From: Utricularia gibba
Taxonomy: Eukaryota > Plantae > Magnoliophyta
DNA length: 64,000 nt
Assembly: GCA_002189035.1 (NCBI GenBank)
Contig: CM007989.1
Location: forward strand, 7,068,001 to 7,132,000
Direction: 5' to 3'
Made by a program: the position numbers and the translations under genes. The stretch's first letter is position 1; every line of letters begins with the position of its first letter. This document shows, in pieces, positions 49,619-61,242 of the stretch. The notes beneath the pieces are model-generated. The model was not told the DNA's origin and did no database searches. It saw nothing but the letters and a program-made list of their open reading frames with translations.

Positions 49619-51073
49619 ATGAGGAATCCTCTACGCGCGGCGTCGGTGTGGCTCCGCCGGCGAACGGGGAGAGTCAAGATTTCTCTGGCGGTGTTCGTCA
49701 CCGTGGCGGCGGTTTTTCTAATTCGAGCTTTTGTTCGTAACCACGATAGCCTCTTTGTGATGGCGGAGACCGTACACTCCATCGGCATTTGTCTCCTGAT
49801 TTACAAGTTGATGACGGAGCAAACTTGTGAAGGTAACGACTTTCTGTTTGCGTCTACTTTCTCTTTTTTCAATTTTACGATCAATTGGACTCGAGGACTT
49901 TGGTTTTTTCATGGAATTCTGTTGGTTTGGTTCTTGAAGATGGTTAAGTCCTCTTACCACAATGCTTTTCATGAAGTAATTGCAAGAGACTTGGCAACTG
50001 AGAATTTGTATTTCAAGGGTGATGTTACAATAGTTCTGATAACCGGTGTTTATGGCAGGCTTGTCACTCAAATCCCAGGAGCTTACAGCTATGTTTTTGG
50101 CCATTAGATTGTATTGTAGTTTTTTCATGGAATATGACATACACACTATACTGGATCTGGCTACTCTCGCTGCAACAATGTGGGCGATTTATATGATTCG
50201 GTTTAAGCTGAGTTCAAGTTACGAGGGGGAAGGGGACAAGGTGTTACACTATTACGTGGTTAGTTTTTTACTCGGTTTGTACTTGTGGCATATTGTTGGT
50301 GTAGAAGGAACTAGATGATGTTGCTCATACTCGATAGATCACAAGTGATAAGAAGTGAAATGAGTTTGTATTGATGCTGCCACGTTCAAGAGAGTACTAT
50401 CTTTGCAGGTTGCTCCTTGCTCTGTTTTGGCTCTCCTCGTTCATCCATCTACATCGCATTTTCTGTTTAACAGGATTGCCTGGGCTTTTGCTGTTTACCT
50501 TGAATCTGTATCCGTGCTTCCACAGCTGCATTTCATGCAAAACCTGCAGGTAGGATTTAACTAATGATCCATTTTTTTCAGTTTCTTGAATTCGTTTGGG
50601 GTTTTCTCAGCGACCAATCTGCAAATATTTGATGTCTTTGTAACAGGTCGTGGAACCTTTTACAGCACACTATGTATTTGCTCTGGGAGTTGCCAGGTTC
50701 TTGAATTGTGCTCACTGGATTCTCCAGGTATTTCAACCCTGTAACCTTTTTTGTTGGTGGTTTTCCTAATTCTCAAGACGAGTATATTATGATGGAATGC
50801 CAAACCATGCTCTTGATTGTTCCACTCAGGTCGTGGACAATCGTGATCAGCTCCGTGCAGCATTTGGTCGAGGACTCTGGCCGCCAATGGTCCTTATATC
50901 CGAAATCGTTCAAACTCTCATCCTTGCAGACTTCTGCTATTTCTACATAAAAAGGTTTGCCGGCAAACATCTTATCCCTCACCCTTTTATCCCGATTCTC
51001 TTTTCACGGATATTTTACTCTACAGTGTTTTCGGGGCCAACTTCTTCATCGTCATCCTGCCGGAGTGAGTTAG
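49619..51073 (+). CDS. ER lumen protein-retaining receptor family, ERD2-related (apparent 1-nt frameshift at 51033-51036)
   Basis: GLSLKSQELTAMFLAIRLYCSFFMEYDIHT, YLESVSVLPQL, VEPFTAHYVFALGVARFLNCAHW and LWPPMVLISEIVQTLILADFCY. The last exon gives SVFGGQL.. with one extra G. Confidence 0.9.
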
Positions 51074-52213
51074 TCACCAGTTGATATCTGCACTCCCTCC
51101 CCCTAAGTCCCAAGAACCTCCCTGGTAGGCTCAATTTCCACCTGGTTTACTATGTTTACAAGGAGATACAACTTGCTGCTGCACTCGCAGTATTCGATCA
51201 ACAAGCACACAAAACACTTTCATTATTCCATTTTATTTCTCACAGAGAAAAGCCATCTCAATGACATTCAGACTCATTTCCTTGCAGACCAGCCTTTCTT
51301 CAAAGACGATGAGAAGATAACACAACATAAAACGTGGGCAGCACCTCCCCCCACCGCCGGCCACCTGTTTCCGCCACACACAGTTTTGCCCCTCAAGTGT
51401 ACCCCGCCATGCAACCACTCAACATGAGGTGAGCCACCAACTGTGTTTCTTTAGAAAATTGAATGGATCGATATAAACGGAAGACGCCCATATGGCCACG
51501 TCCCTCCCATGGATTACAATAAAACAGCGTACACGTCTCATAATCTGTGTACAGTGGGAGCAACCTCGGTTTCATGAACATGGTGTTCGAGACATTCCGT
51601 ATTGAAATTCCTGTGCCACCGTTGACTTTAGGCACCTTCGCCGTGGGGGATGTCGGAGGGGAATTGATGTTCCAGATCCCCCCATAAAGTCTGATGCGAT
51701 ATAGTATGCTTTTAGACTAAAACAAATGGATTTTAGTATTGGGAAAAGCAAGGTGAAACGGCATCATGATAAGGAATTTAAGATAATTAATCTCAATTAT
51801 TTGAGGGGACTGGGGACCCATCTCCATCCCGAGGCAAGTAGCAAATTTTCTAACATTTCCTCCCAAAAAAACAAATATTTGTTTGAGTGTCTACTCACCT
51901 GTAGCCCAAACATTTGTACTGCATGATGTGTTGTCATGTAGTCTGTGGGCGTGAAGCATCGTGATGACGGCATCCATCACTGTGATTTTATGTGTTTCTG
52001 ATCCCTGCTCTGAAATCATGCGTGAAAAGAGGTAATGAGCTACCCATCTGATCCTAAATTGTGAAATGATGCAGTAAATCAGTTTTTCTTTTTGCAGAAC
52101 ATGTTAGAAAAGGAGAAATGAAAATTTGAGACATACTTTTTATGGCTCTGGGGAGTAACGATGTGGGGAGTGAACAAGACAATTTGATCTCCCAAACTTG
52201 GCTCATGTATGGG

Positions 52214-52220
52214 TATAAAT
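52214..52220 (+). promoter_or_regulatory. TATA box upstream of the XIP
   Basis: TATAAAT 28 bp before the first in-frame ATG (52242). The downstream ATGs at 52248 or 52269 may be the real start. Confidence 0.5.
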
Positions 52221-52241
52221 AGGAGGAGGAACATGTGAGGA

Positions 52242-53498
52242 ATGGCAATGAAATTGAAGAAGGAAGCGATGAGTTCTACATCAAATGATCATCTTCTGTA
52301 TGACGTTGAGAGCCAGAGCAAGACTCTAGCTACCAAATCAGGCTCCTTGTTAGGCCTACTTCCCCTACTTTGCTCTCTTGATTACATTATAGTCGTGGGT
52401 TTCTGATCCGTGATGTTTTGATTCTAACAGGGAGAGGATCCTCACTATTGATGCACAAGAGGAGAAGAGACTTCTGAGCCCTCCTACTGTTGGTGAGCTC
52501 CTTGGGGTGGATGAGATTTTCAGCTTGAATGTAAGCAATGCACCAACACCCATTCCTTCTGTTTTTAACCTAAAACTTGAAAGGGCCGACGGGAGGGGAA
52601 GATGGGGAGGGATCTTCAACCTCGAAGCAATAAAAGTATACTTTGAGAGTTGAATAGAACGAGTTCAGTATCCTTGGAAGTTTGAATGTTGCAGGTATGG
52701 CGAGCTGCGATCGGGGAAGTGATTGCCTCCGCCTTGTTCGTCTTCATGGTCGACACGATCGTCGTATCGACGATCACTTCCGGCGTCCAAATGCAAGCCC
52801 TGATACTCTCCATTCTCATTGGCATCACCGTGACCGTCGTTTTGTTAGCGGTGGCTCCTGTCTCCGGCGGTAACCTGAGCCCCATGTTGTCCATCTGCGC
52901 TGCCCTCATCGGCCTCATCTCCATCTCCCGCGCCGTCATCTATATAGTCGCACAGTGCATCGGCGCGGTGCTCGCGGTTTTAGCCTTCAGAGCTCTGATC
53001 ACCGATGAGGTCGACCAGGCCATCCTCTCCGGTGGCTGCACGGTGTCCGTACTCGTGGAAGGGCCTAACGGCCCGTTATTGCAAGGAGTCTCGGTGGGGC
53101 AGGCCTTCTTAATGGAGTTCATGTGCTGCTTTTTCCTGCTGTTTGGGACCGTCTGGATGGCCTACGACTTCCGGCAGGCCAAGGAAATGGGGCGAATCAA
53201 AATCTTCACCTTCATCGGGATCCTCATTTCTATACTCTTGTTCGTGTCCATCTCCGTGACCGGACAAAAGGGGTACTCGGGGGCGTCCTTCAACCCCGCC
53301 AAGTGCATCGCCACCGCCGTCGTGAGAGGCGGCCACCTCTGGAAGGACGTCTGGGTTTTCTGCGCAGGGGATGCCGTCGCGGCCATCGCCTTCTACGTGT
53401 ACACCAAGGTCATACCAAGAGAGCATCTTCAGGCCAAGGAGTATGACCACGACTTCATCAACCTGATCAAAGTGACGTTTGGTAAGCGCAGGCTCTAG
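52242..53498 (+). CDS. XIP1: Aquaporin, X intrinsic protein (XIP1-like), 3 exons, atypical NPA and ar/R motifs
   Basis: Exons 52242-52348, 52431-52530 and 52695-53498 give LGVDEIFSLNVWRAAIGE, PVSGGNLSPM, ISRAVIYIVAQC, LSGGCTV..GPNGP, WMAYDFRQAK, KGYSGASFNPAKC and VVRGGHLW, which is XIP architecture. Confidence 0.92.
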
Positions 53499-56250
53499 CT
53501 ATGGCAGATAAGGAGATGGATAATGAAATAAAGAAGAGCACGATCACACAGCCATTGTATAACTCAATAAACAATGGATTGATCATTGAAATTAATGATC
53601 TAATAGGTAGATCGTATTAGAAAATATTAAATCTAACAAATTATTGATAATCTACTATAATTTGTTATATATTTGATTATTTTATTTTTAAATTTCAATA
53701 TGAAATTACTATATTCTAATACTTTTATGATGAATAATGTCACCTATTCCACATCAATCTCCTTTTGCAGTCGGACGATCGATCGGAAAATGATAATCAG
53801 AATGCATCAAAAGTATGGATGAATATAACTTAAGACCAGAATCCCATGATCCAAGTTTAGGGTTTCATGGATTCTCTTTGATGATGGGGTGGGGGGTTGG
53901 TAATTTCTTTATACTTGAAAGCAACTCTTTAGATATTTGCAAAGATGGTCAACATATTTTAAAAAATATCGATTTCGATATTAATTTTTTATCTTAATAT
54001 ATGAAATAAAAGCGATAAATAATAAAGAGAACACATGACATCAAAAGGAGCATGGAGCAGGTGAATTGCTTTCATGGAATGGTTGAGAGGTCAAACACAC
54101 ATAATTAGCACTTGCATATTATCTTTATTATTATAAACACAATTTATATACTATATAATAATATGTATAATAATCTCAACAATTATATTTATTGTACGAA
54201 TTCTTGATTTTCTTAATTTTAGTTTTCATAGTAGTTAATATACATTTTTTAAATAAAAAGTTAGATATCTCTAACCATAATTATAAATTTTAAGAAAAAA
54301 TATACTATATAATTTTTTAAAGCATAAAATAGTTTAGTTATCCATTCATACGAATTTAGCTCTCCAAAAATATTGATTTTTCGTACTCGTATCTATTGGT
54401 ACTTCTTGTATACGTGAAAAAGTTAATAAATATTATTTGTATATATTAAGTCTTTTTTTTTTCACATACACAATATGTTTCACGTGAATAAAATACATGA
54501 GATTTTATTAATATATTTCCATGTATTTATTGATATCATTTTTTGATGTTAATAAATTAGTATTTTTGAATTTTATTTCAACATGATTGGTTTCCTTGTC
54601 AACGGTTATAAATGAGGCGCACGGCCAAGTACAACTCCCCCCGCCCAACCTAGTTTTCCGCAACGACGGCTCACTATAAATGTAAATGAAATGAAGTGAA
54701 ATTTATGCGTGTTCTGAAAAATTTTTAGAGTCTATTTTTATTTTTCAAAAAATAAAAATAATTTTATTCTAAAATACTATTAATTATAAAAGTAATTCTA
54801 CCAAAAGTAATTTTGAAATTATATTATAAAAATTACTTTTGAAAAAATAAGTAATAGTCTACTTTTACATTTATTTTTACTTTTGAATTATTTCTTTGAT
54901 TTAAAAAGTAATTCTACATCTATTTTTACAATTTTTTAGAACACTTAAAATATTTTTCTATTTCCATCAACTATTTTTTTTACTTTTTAAAATTATTTTT
55001 TAAATTCTAGAGACAATCATGTGTTCATGGGCCAGCTTGGAGCAAAAGCCCAATATAATATACTGTAAAATATTCCAAGCCCAATATCAAGGCCCAGAGT
55101 GACCCCACGTCATCATCATCTTCTCCAATGCGCAGCGCAGTTGAGCGTCTGCGTTGACGTAGCTGTTGCACTTTAATAGAGAGAGGGCCGTATGGGGTCG
55201 TGTACGGTCTCCATCAGTCGAACGTAGGTCGAGTAGGAGACCCTTTTCCCTTCAACGCCCCTACTTTGAACATCCAAATTCTGATGCAAAAAGGAAGCTT
55301 CTTCGGCACACAGTTTCCAGAATTGCCGGTCCGAGCCCGGTTCGCGCCTCTACCCGACCCGCTTCGACCCAACCCCTTAATCAATTTCAGATATAAGGCA
55401 TGTTTTCTAGACATAATTTATTGAATTGGTTCTATTTGATTTTTAAAAATTCTAATATTTAATCATTTTGTAGTGAAATAGAAAATTTCGATTTTATGAT
55501 TCTATTTGATATAATCTGAATCATGTATTCAAAATATAAAACACGCCCAGATTTGACATGTGGTGGTTGTTTTAAAACAATGGGATTCAATCTATTTAAA
55601 TAATAACTTTTTCCAAATATTTCAATACATAATTAAAAATTATTGAAATCTATTCGATCAAAAGATTAACTAATTTCCTAACTAAAACGAAGAATTTGTT
55701 CAAACATAACAGACCAAATTGTATTAAATTTGAAATGAAAAATGTATTTCCCAATATATAAATTAAAAAAATGGCATTTATGTTGAAAATTGGCGGTATT
55801 TGACTCCCGTGAAAACAACGGCTACAAAACAACGGCACCGGTCTATTTGTGGTGGGGGATGACCCCATCAGTCGCATAGCTACTAGTACAAGTTTCCGGG
55901 TCAACATGCTGCAATCTCTTGGACCCCAAGAATCAATTGGTATAAATCCCTTGTTAAATATAATGTTCAATTAGTATAATATTGTCTGCTTCGAATATTC
56001 AAAGTTTACGATTTCATGATTTCCATTTTTAGAAAAAAAATATCGTGTAAAATTAGATACGATATATTTATATAAACTATTGCTTATCTTAATTGTAATC
56101 TATGTGGTATTTAGTAAGATACTTCCAACTTTTCTTTGGACTCTAATTACCATATTTTATATTTTATTATAAAATATGAATATCTTTCTTTTTGTTTTTT
56201 ATCAAATAATGGATTCTCAATGAAATCATGGTATTGGGAAGATGATAACA

Positions 56251-56341
56251 CAAAATTATGTGCGCGTACGTTTAAATCAAATCAAAATTATGTGCGCGTA
56301 ATTTTAAATCAAATCAAAATTATGTGCGCGTAATTTTAAAT
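56251..56341. repeat. 32-bp tandem repeat, 3 copies, each carrying a GCGCGT (CGCG-box) core, upstream of the SAUR
   Basis: CGCGT at 56263, 56295 and 56327 (period 32). Unit aaaattatgtgcgcgtaattttaaatcaaatc. Confidence 0.9.
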
Positions 56342-56507
56342 ATGATTAGTAATTAGGGAGAAAGGACACGCGGAAAATAGACGACGGTCCGAATTGTACA
56401 GCTGGTTCCATGTATAAATATGCCTCCAAGCTCTTACTTTTCTTCAGGCTCAAAACCTGGCTTCTTCTACCAAAACCCTAGTCACCATGTGCTCTTCATC
56501 TCCAGAG

Positions 56508-56818
56508 ATGGCGATCAAGAAGCCCAACAAGCTGCTCAAGGCGGCCTCCTTCAAGAAGATCATCGAAAGATGTTCCAGTCTCGGGAGGAATCATAACCGC
56601 TACGAGGGGGAGCAGCTCCGGCGGATGTACCCAGAGGGCACTTCGCGGTTTACGTGGGAGAGAATCGGAGGCGATACATCATCCCCATCTCCTTCCTCTC
56701 TCGCCCGGAGTTCCGCTTTCTTCTGAAGCAAGCGGAGGAGGAGTTCGGTTTCTATCATGCAATGGGGCTCACTCTCCCCTGTGATGAGATCGTGTTCCGA
56801 GCGTTAACTGCTAAGTAG
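56508..56818 (+). CDS. SAUR: SAUR auxin-responsive protein (SAUR50/51-like; apparent 1-nt frameshift near 56618)
   Basis: [26 protein letters not shown], then after +1 C: [61 protein letters not shown] near 56414. An alternative ATG lies at 56487. Confidence 0.9.
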
Positions 56819-58061
56819 GCTTCACCGGCTCAGCGACATGCATGACACATAGTATAGCAGCCCTTTTTCCTTCATAGGTTTTCCGGCGACGCCGGTTCTC
56901 CCATCTTTGCTCCAAAATCTACACATATAAACTGTTTGTGAACTGAGTGGTTTTTTTCTTTTAAGCTGCCAAGAATAGGTTCGGTTACCACACCCCAACT
57001 CATTTGTACTTGGGTGCTGAAAGATTTTGGTCCATGTCTTCTTCCATATGGGTAGCAAGTTGTATACTTGGAGTTCATTTGATGCATCGTGAATGGGGTT
57101 CTAGTTCTGAAATTCGAACTGGATTTTGATTGCAAGTTGTATGAAAAAGAGAGCAACAAGAATGCCAAGAATAAAAGAACGAGCACTGTTTTATCCTTTT
57201 GATGACATAAACACAATGCAGCCAAAGTCACAGAGAGACAGATTTCTGGAGAGATCGATTGCGTTCTTTTCCTGTTTATTCGGAGTTGCTTATGGGAACA
57301 TCCAAACAGTACTTTTCTACTTGATGTTGGGAAATGGGAATGCTTCCGTACATGTGAGACTGAGATCAGAGTTTTCACTAGAAACTGATAATGAATTTAA
57401 AGTACAGATCTTCTTCCTGATGTCATGGATGCTGTAGTTGAAAACAGCGATTGCCGTGATCTTTTCTATTGATGTGCGATTTGGAAATAAGGGATATAAT
57501 TAAAAACCTACAAGCTCCAACCAATTATTGGCTCCCATTTGATTCTCGAAGCTTGAAAGGAGAGCCGCAATCAATGCCCTACTGTCTGAAGTCAAGTTTG
57601 GATCACTATGCCTTGTTCTGCTTTTTCTTTTGTTGCATCAACATGCCACCTGACCCACTGCAAAGTTAAAATTTGATATCTAGTTAAGTATGATTTTGAT
57701 CATGAGCTAACAAGGGGTTTTGAGTAGGGTGCCAACTCCTGTGGGAATAGGATGGTTCTTTATATCATGGCTTACAAGGGGGAGATGAAGGGAGATCCAT
57801 GTGTAAGATCGTCTATCTACCTTAGGCATCGAGCATTAAGTCAGCTACAGGTCCGTCTGTGTTATTGTCAATATTGCATGCCTTGTTTGAAGAGATAAAA
57901 AGGTGCATTTTCCTCAGGGGGGATAAGTTCTTAGGTGAAAAATAGGTGATGAGGGTCCTTGAATTCCAAGTTTTTAGAAAAAGGAACAATACTGACACTT
58001 GCCGGAAAACAATTTCTCACAGTTTATTTTTGAGCACATTGCGAAAAGAGATTCTTCTCCT

Positions 58062-58977
58062 CTAGTGATGAACCTTTGTGTCAGCATGGTTACTGGGCTT
58101 AGACTTCATCTGTCAAACAAGAAGAAGGCAGGTCAATGGAAAATATATCATACGGGGTCGAGAGAGGGTTTGATGTCCAGTGCGCGAAAAGAGAGCTAGA
58201 GGACTAAATCCAATACAAAACATGAATGCCATTAAGGAACTTCAAAGATCCATAAGAATAAGGAGCAAGGGAGGATCTTGGGATTTCCCAGAAATGATCT
58301 TGTGATAATATGCGCGATCTGAGCCGTATCACAAGTCAGAGGCACGATTAAGGAAAACCAATGGGCATTTCACAGAAGCAATTATAATGTATCAATGAGG
58401 CTGCAAAACCACTTCACGGTCATTTTCAGCAGCTCCATCTTTATTGTGAACAGAATTCAAACTCTAAATCATACTAGAAATCTACACATTATGCTTAGTT
58501 TTGCAGCAATGCAGGGAATATCCTTCACTTCAGTCAGGAGTTATTCTGATAATGACCAATCACCCATTGCATGCATCCTAATCCAACAAACGTTCCACAC
58601 CTGTACCTCAAAACAAACCTCCATACCCAGGCATACCGAAGCCGGTGTGCATCAGTTCAAATACCCGATCCAACTCATTGATTCGATCTCTCAGGTGGGA
58701 ATAGCGATATCGAAATTTTCACCAAAAAATGCCATCAGTTATTTGAGGAAAAATACCTTGAGTATCTTAAGTTTGACACTTCCATAAACAATCCCAAATG
58801 TGAACGCAGAAGCCCTAGCAACCTGCAACCACCACCAAAAACCGTACAAAAAAACCCCAAATTTCATTGCTGGAAAGACATTCGATTGTTCGCATACAAA
58901 TCAGATAAGGAAAATGAAGATACCAGCGCAAGAGAGCTCTTTCCGGAGTACGGTCCAGGCGGTATCCGCGGCGACAT
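58062..58977 (-). CDS. Mitochondrial ATP synthase subunit e (55 aa), 3 exons
   Basis: Exons 58977-58924 (MSPRIPPGPYSGKSSLAL), 58822-58757 (VARASAFTFGIVYGSVKLKILK) and 58109-58062 (MKSKPSNHADTKVHH*). All junctions are phase-0 GT-AG and the protein matches the plant subunit e pattern PPPGPYSG..LALVAR.SAF..G.VYG..KLK. Confidence 0.9.
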
Positions 58978-61147
58978 TCTTCTGCACAAGTAAAATCATT
59001 CAATTTCTCTATAGACTGTGAGCCTATAATTAAACTCAGAGAAGGGCTTCTATGTAATTTTTAAAAAGGTGGAGAGCTTTTCATTTTTTTTTATATACAA
59101 TAGGACCCCTAAAACTCCGAAAATAAGAAATTAAAATCGTGTTACAAAATGAAGACTAAATAAATATTTTTTTCGATGAAAACGAATGTTTTAAAAATCT
59201 AATTATTCAATTTAATCATGAATTTTAATTGAACATTTTGTATAATGAGTCGAATCGAATGGTAATATATAAAAAATAAATCATCATAATATATTTTATA
59301 AAAATAAATTTAACTCATTTTTTGATTTACTTATAAATTTGAGCTGAATATTATTTAATTTCAAATTAAATTCATTATTTTAAAATAAATAATATTTCAT
59401 ACCCAACCAATTCAGCATTTTCTTTTTGTGATACAATATCTTTTCCTGATGCTTCGAGCTGCTCAGCCATAGCATTTGCATGATCAAAGTTGACTGCTGC
59501 AACACACTTAGTCATTTACAAGTCTGATCATCCTAATAATCTCTTACACACATTATGTTAAAAAAAATATACTAAGAATTATCAAATTTCTAGCATAGTA
59601 GTGAGAGAATGACCATATTTCTAATACACTCCAAAACACAGAACCATGCGAGTTCCTAGAGATATCAGACTGCGCCTCGCAGTACTTGAGTGCATTGCAG
59701 AGGAAAAAAGGTTGTCGAAAACCATGCTGTAACACCATGGATTGTCTCCTCAATCATAACCGGTGATTCTTGCTTTGACATTCAACTGCATGAGCACCAA
59801 GGCTCGGGGACCTGATCTGCTTGACCTCTGATGAACCTTTTGGCGTTTATGATTTGTCAGGGAAGCAAACCAAACAGTTCATGATAACAGATGGTAGGAT
59901 GCACTTGACTTTTAGCTTATCCAAGTGAAGTGAAGCTTCCACGAATCGGCTGTCAGAAGCTTCCACACCCGCTGAAAAATGAACACATCAAAAGATTGAA
60001 CTGTATACAAAGACTGCAAATGCCAACTAACAGAAGAATCAAGGATTCCTACGAAAGAAGGTGCCATGCAAACCGCCCATTCATCAAATGGTAAAAGATA
60101 TGCTGTCATTCAACTTCATCTATCAAAAGAGTCTCTAGAATGCCAGTTTTGGATGCACTACATTTGGAACTTTTCTTCTGCCCAGTATGCAGCTGATCAG
60201 AAACGAACAAAGAGCTATCTACGTCTTCACAAGAAGAACTTGCCAACGATGCATCACGTAATAGAATTGACTTTGGATCAGAAAGATTTTTTATCACGAA
60301 TTGATCCGAACAAAACTGATACAATGAAAAATCAGACATTGAACCCTAATTCTTGAAAATTCGGAACTCATCAAACAAATTGTGAATTGCGAACTTCAGA
60401 GAAAGAATGCGTCTGCACTGTTGAGCTGAAGCCCAACAATACAATTTACTAGGACAGAAAATTATGTTATTGGGCTTTGAATTGCCGCAGGCTCAAAATT
60501 CGTTCAATTGGGCCTCCTAAAATAGCAATCCTTGACAGCGACGTAATGTACCGTAACGTGGTCCCAGATGTAAATACAACACATTAAAAAAAGTAAAATC
60601 GAATGTACATTTTCATCATCACGTGCGAGGCTGTGCTTTCCAAATTGGAATTTCCATTCACGTCCTCCATTCTCCAATTCCATATATTTTGTCTTAATAA
60701 TGTCTAAAAATTGTAATAACAATTTTGAATTCAATATCCAAAATTAATTATTAATGCGTTACGTTAATTTTTTTAAGAAAAACAAATTAATTTGTCGAGG
60801 AATCGACGATTTATTTGATCAAGACTTATGAATCACACATTATTCTTATTAAAACGTGATTAGAGATTGATAATTGGGTTTGGTAAATTGGTCATGAGTC
60901 ATTTTCGGATTAAAGTGTTTTGATTAATGTGAAAACATTTGTTACAAGTGAATAAAATATATTATTTATAAATAGCAAGTGAGTTATTGTAATAAAATTT
61001 TAGGAATTATAAAGGTCGGTTACTCTGATTGTAAACGACAGAGGAAGAGGGGGAAGAGGTTTGGGAATCGTGATTGATTAGGGTTTGCGATACTGCGAAG
61101 GGGGGAGGATTGATTCAGGAACGTGGGTTTGGGAGGTTTTTTGGATT

Positions 61148-61213
61148 ATGACGATGGTGGCATGAGGGCCGCCTGGGGATCCGTAGCGGCTGTCATCGCC
61201 GATTAGTCGGCGA
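61148..61213 (+). promoter_or_regulatory. Two overlapping uORFs and a GC-rich hairpin in the UPL3 5' leader
   Basis: uORF1 61148-61165 (MTMVA*) overlaps uORF2 61162-61206 (MRAAWGSVAAVIAD*) through ATGA. Hairpin TCGCCGA-TTAG-TCGGCGA at 61196-61213. Confidence 0.55.
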
Positions 61214-61242
61214 GCTGATTTGTCGCATTTGAGGGGTATTGT

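Noticed and set aside
55206-55242. Inward-facing BsaI sites suggesting a synthetic Golden Gate insert
   Set aside because: No other vector or synthetic signature nearby; a natural 7-bp inverted repeat explains it.
56872-57669. ORFs of 168, 103 and 66 aa between the SAUR and ATP synthase e
   Set aside because: They overlap convergent 3' regions, lack recognisable domains and show no consistent splice structure.
59440-60400. Box C/D-like pairs (TGATGA...CTGA) as snoRNAs
   Set aside because: No terminal stems, and no 10-nt or longer rRNA-complementary guide directly before a D box that I could verify.
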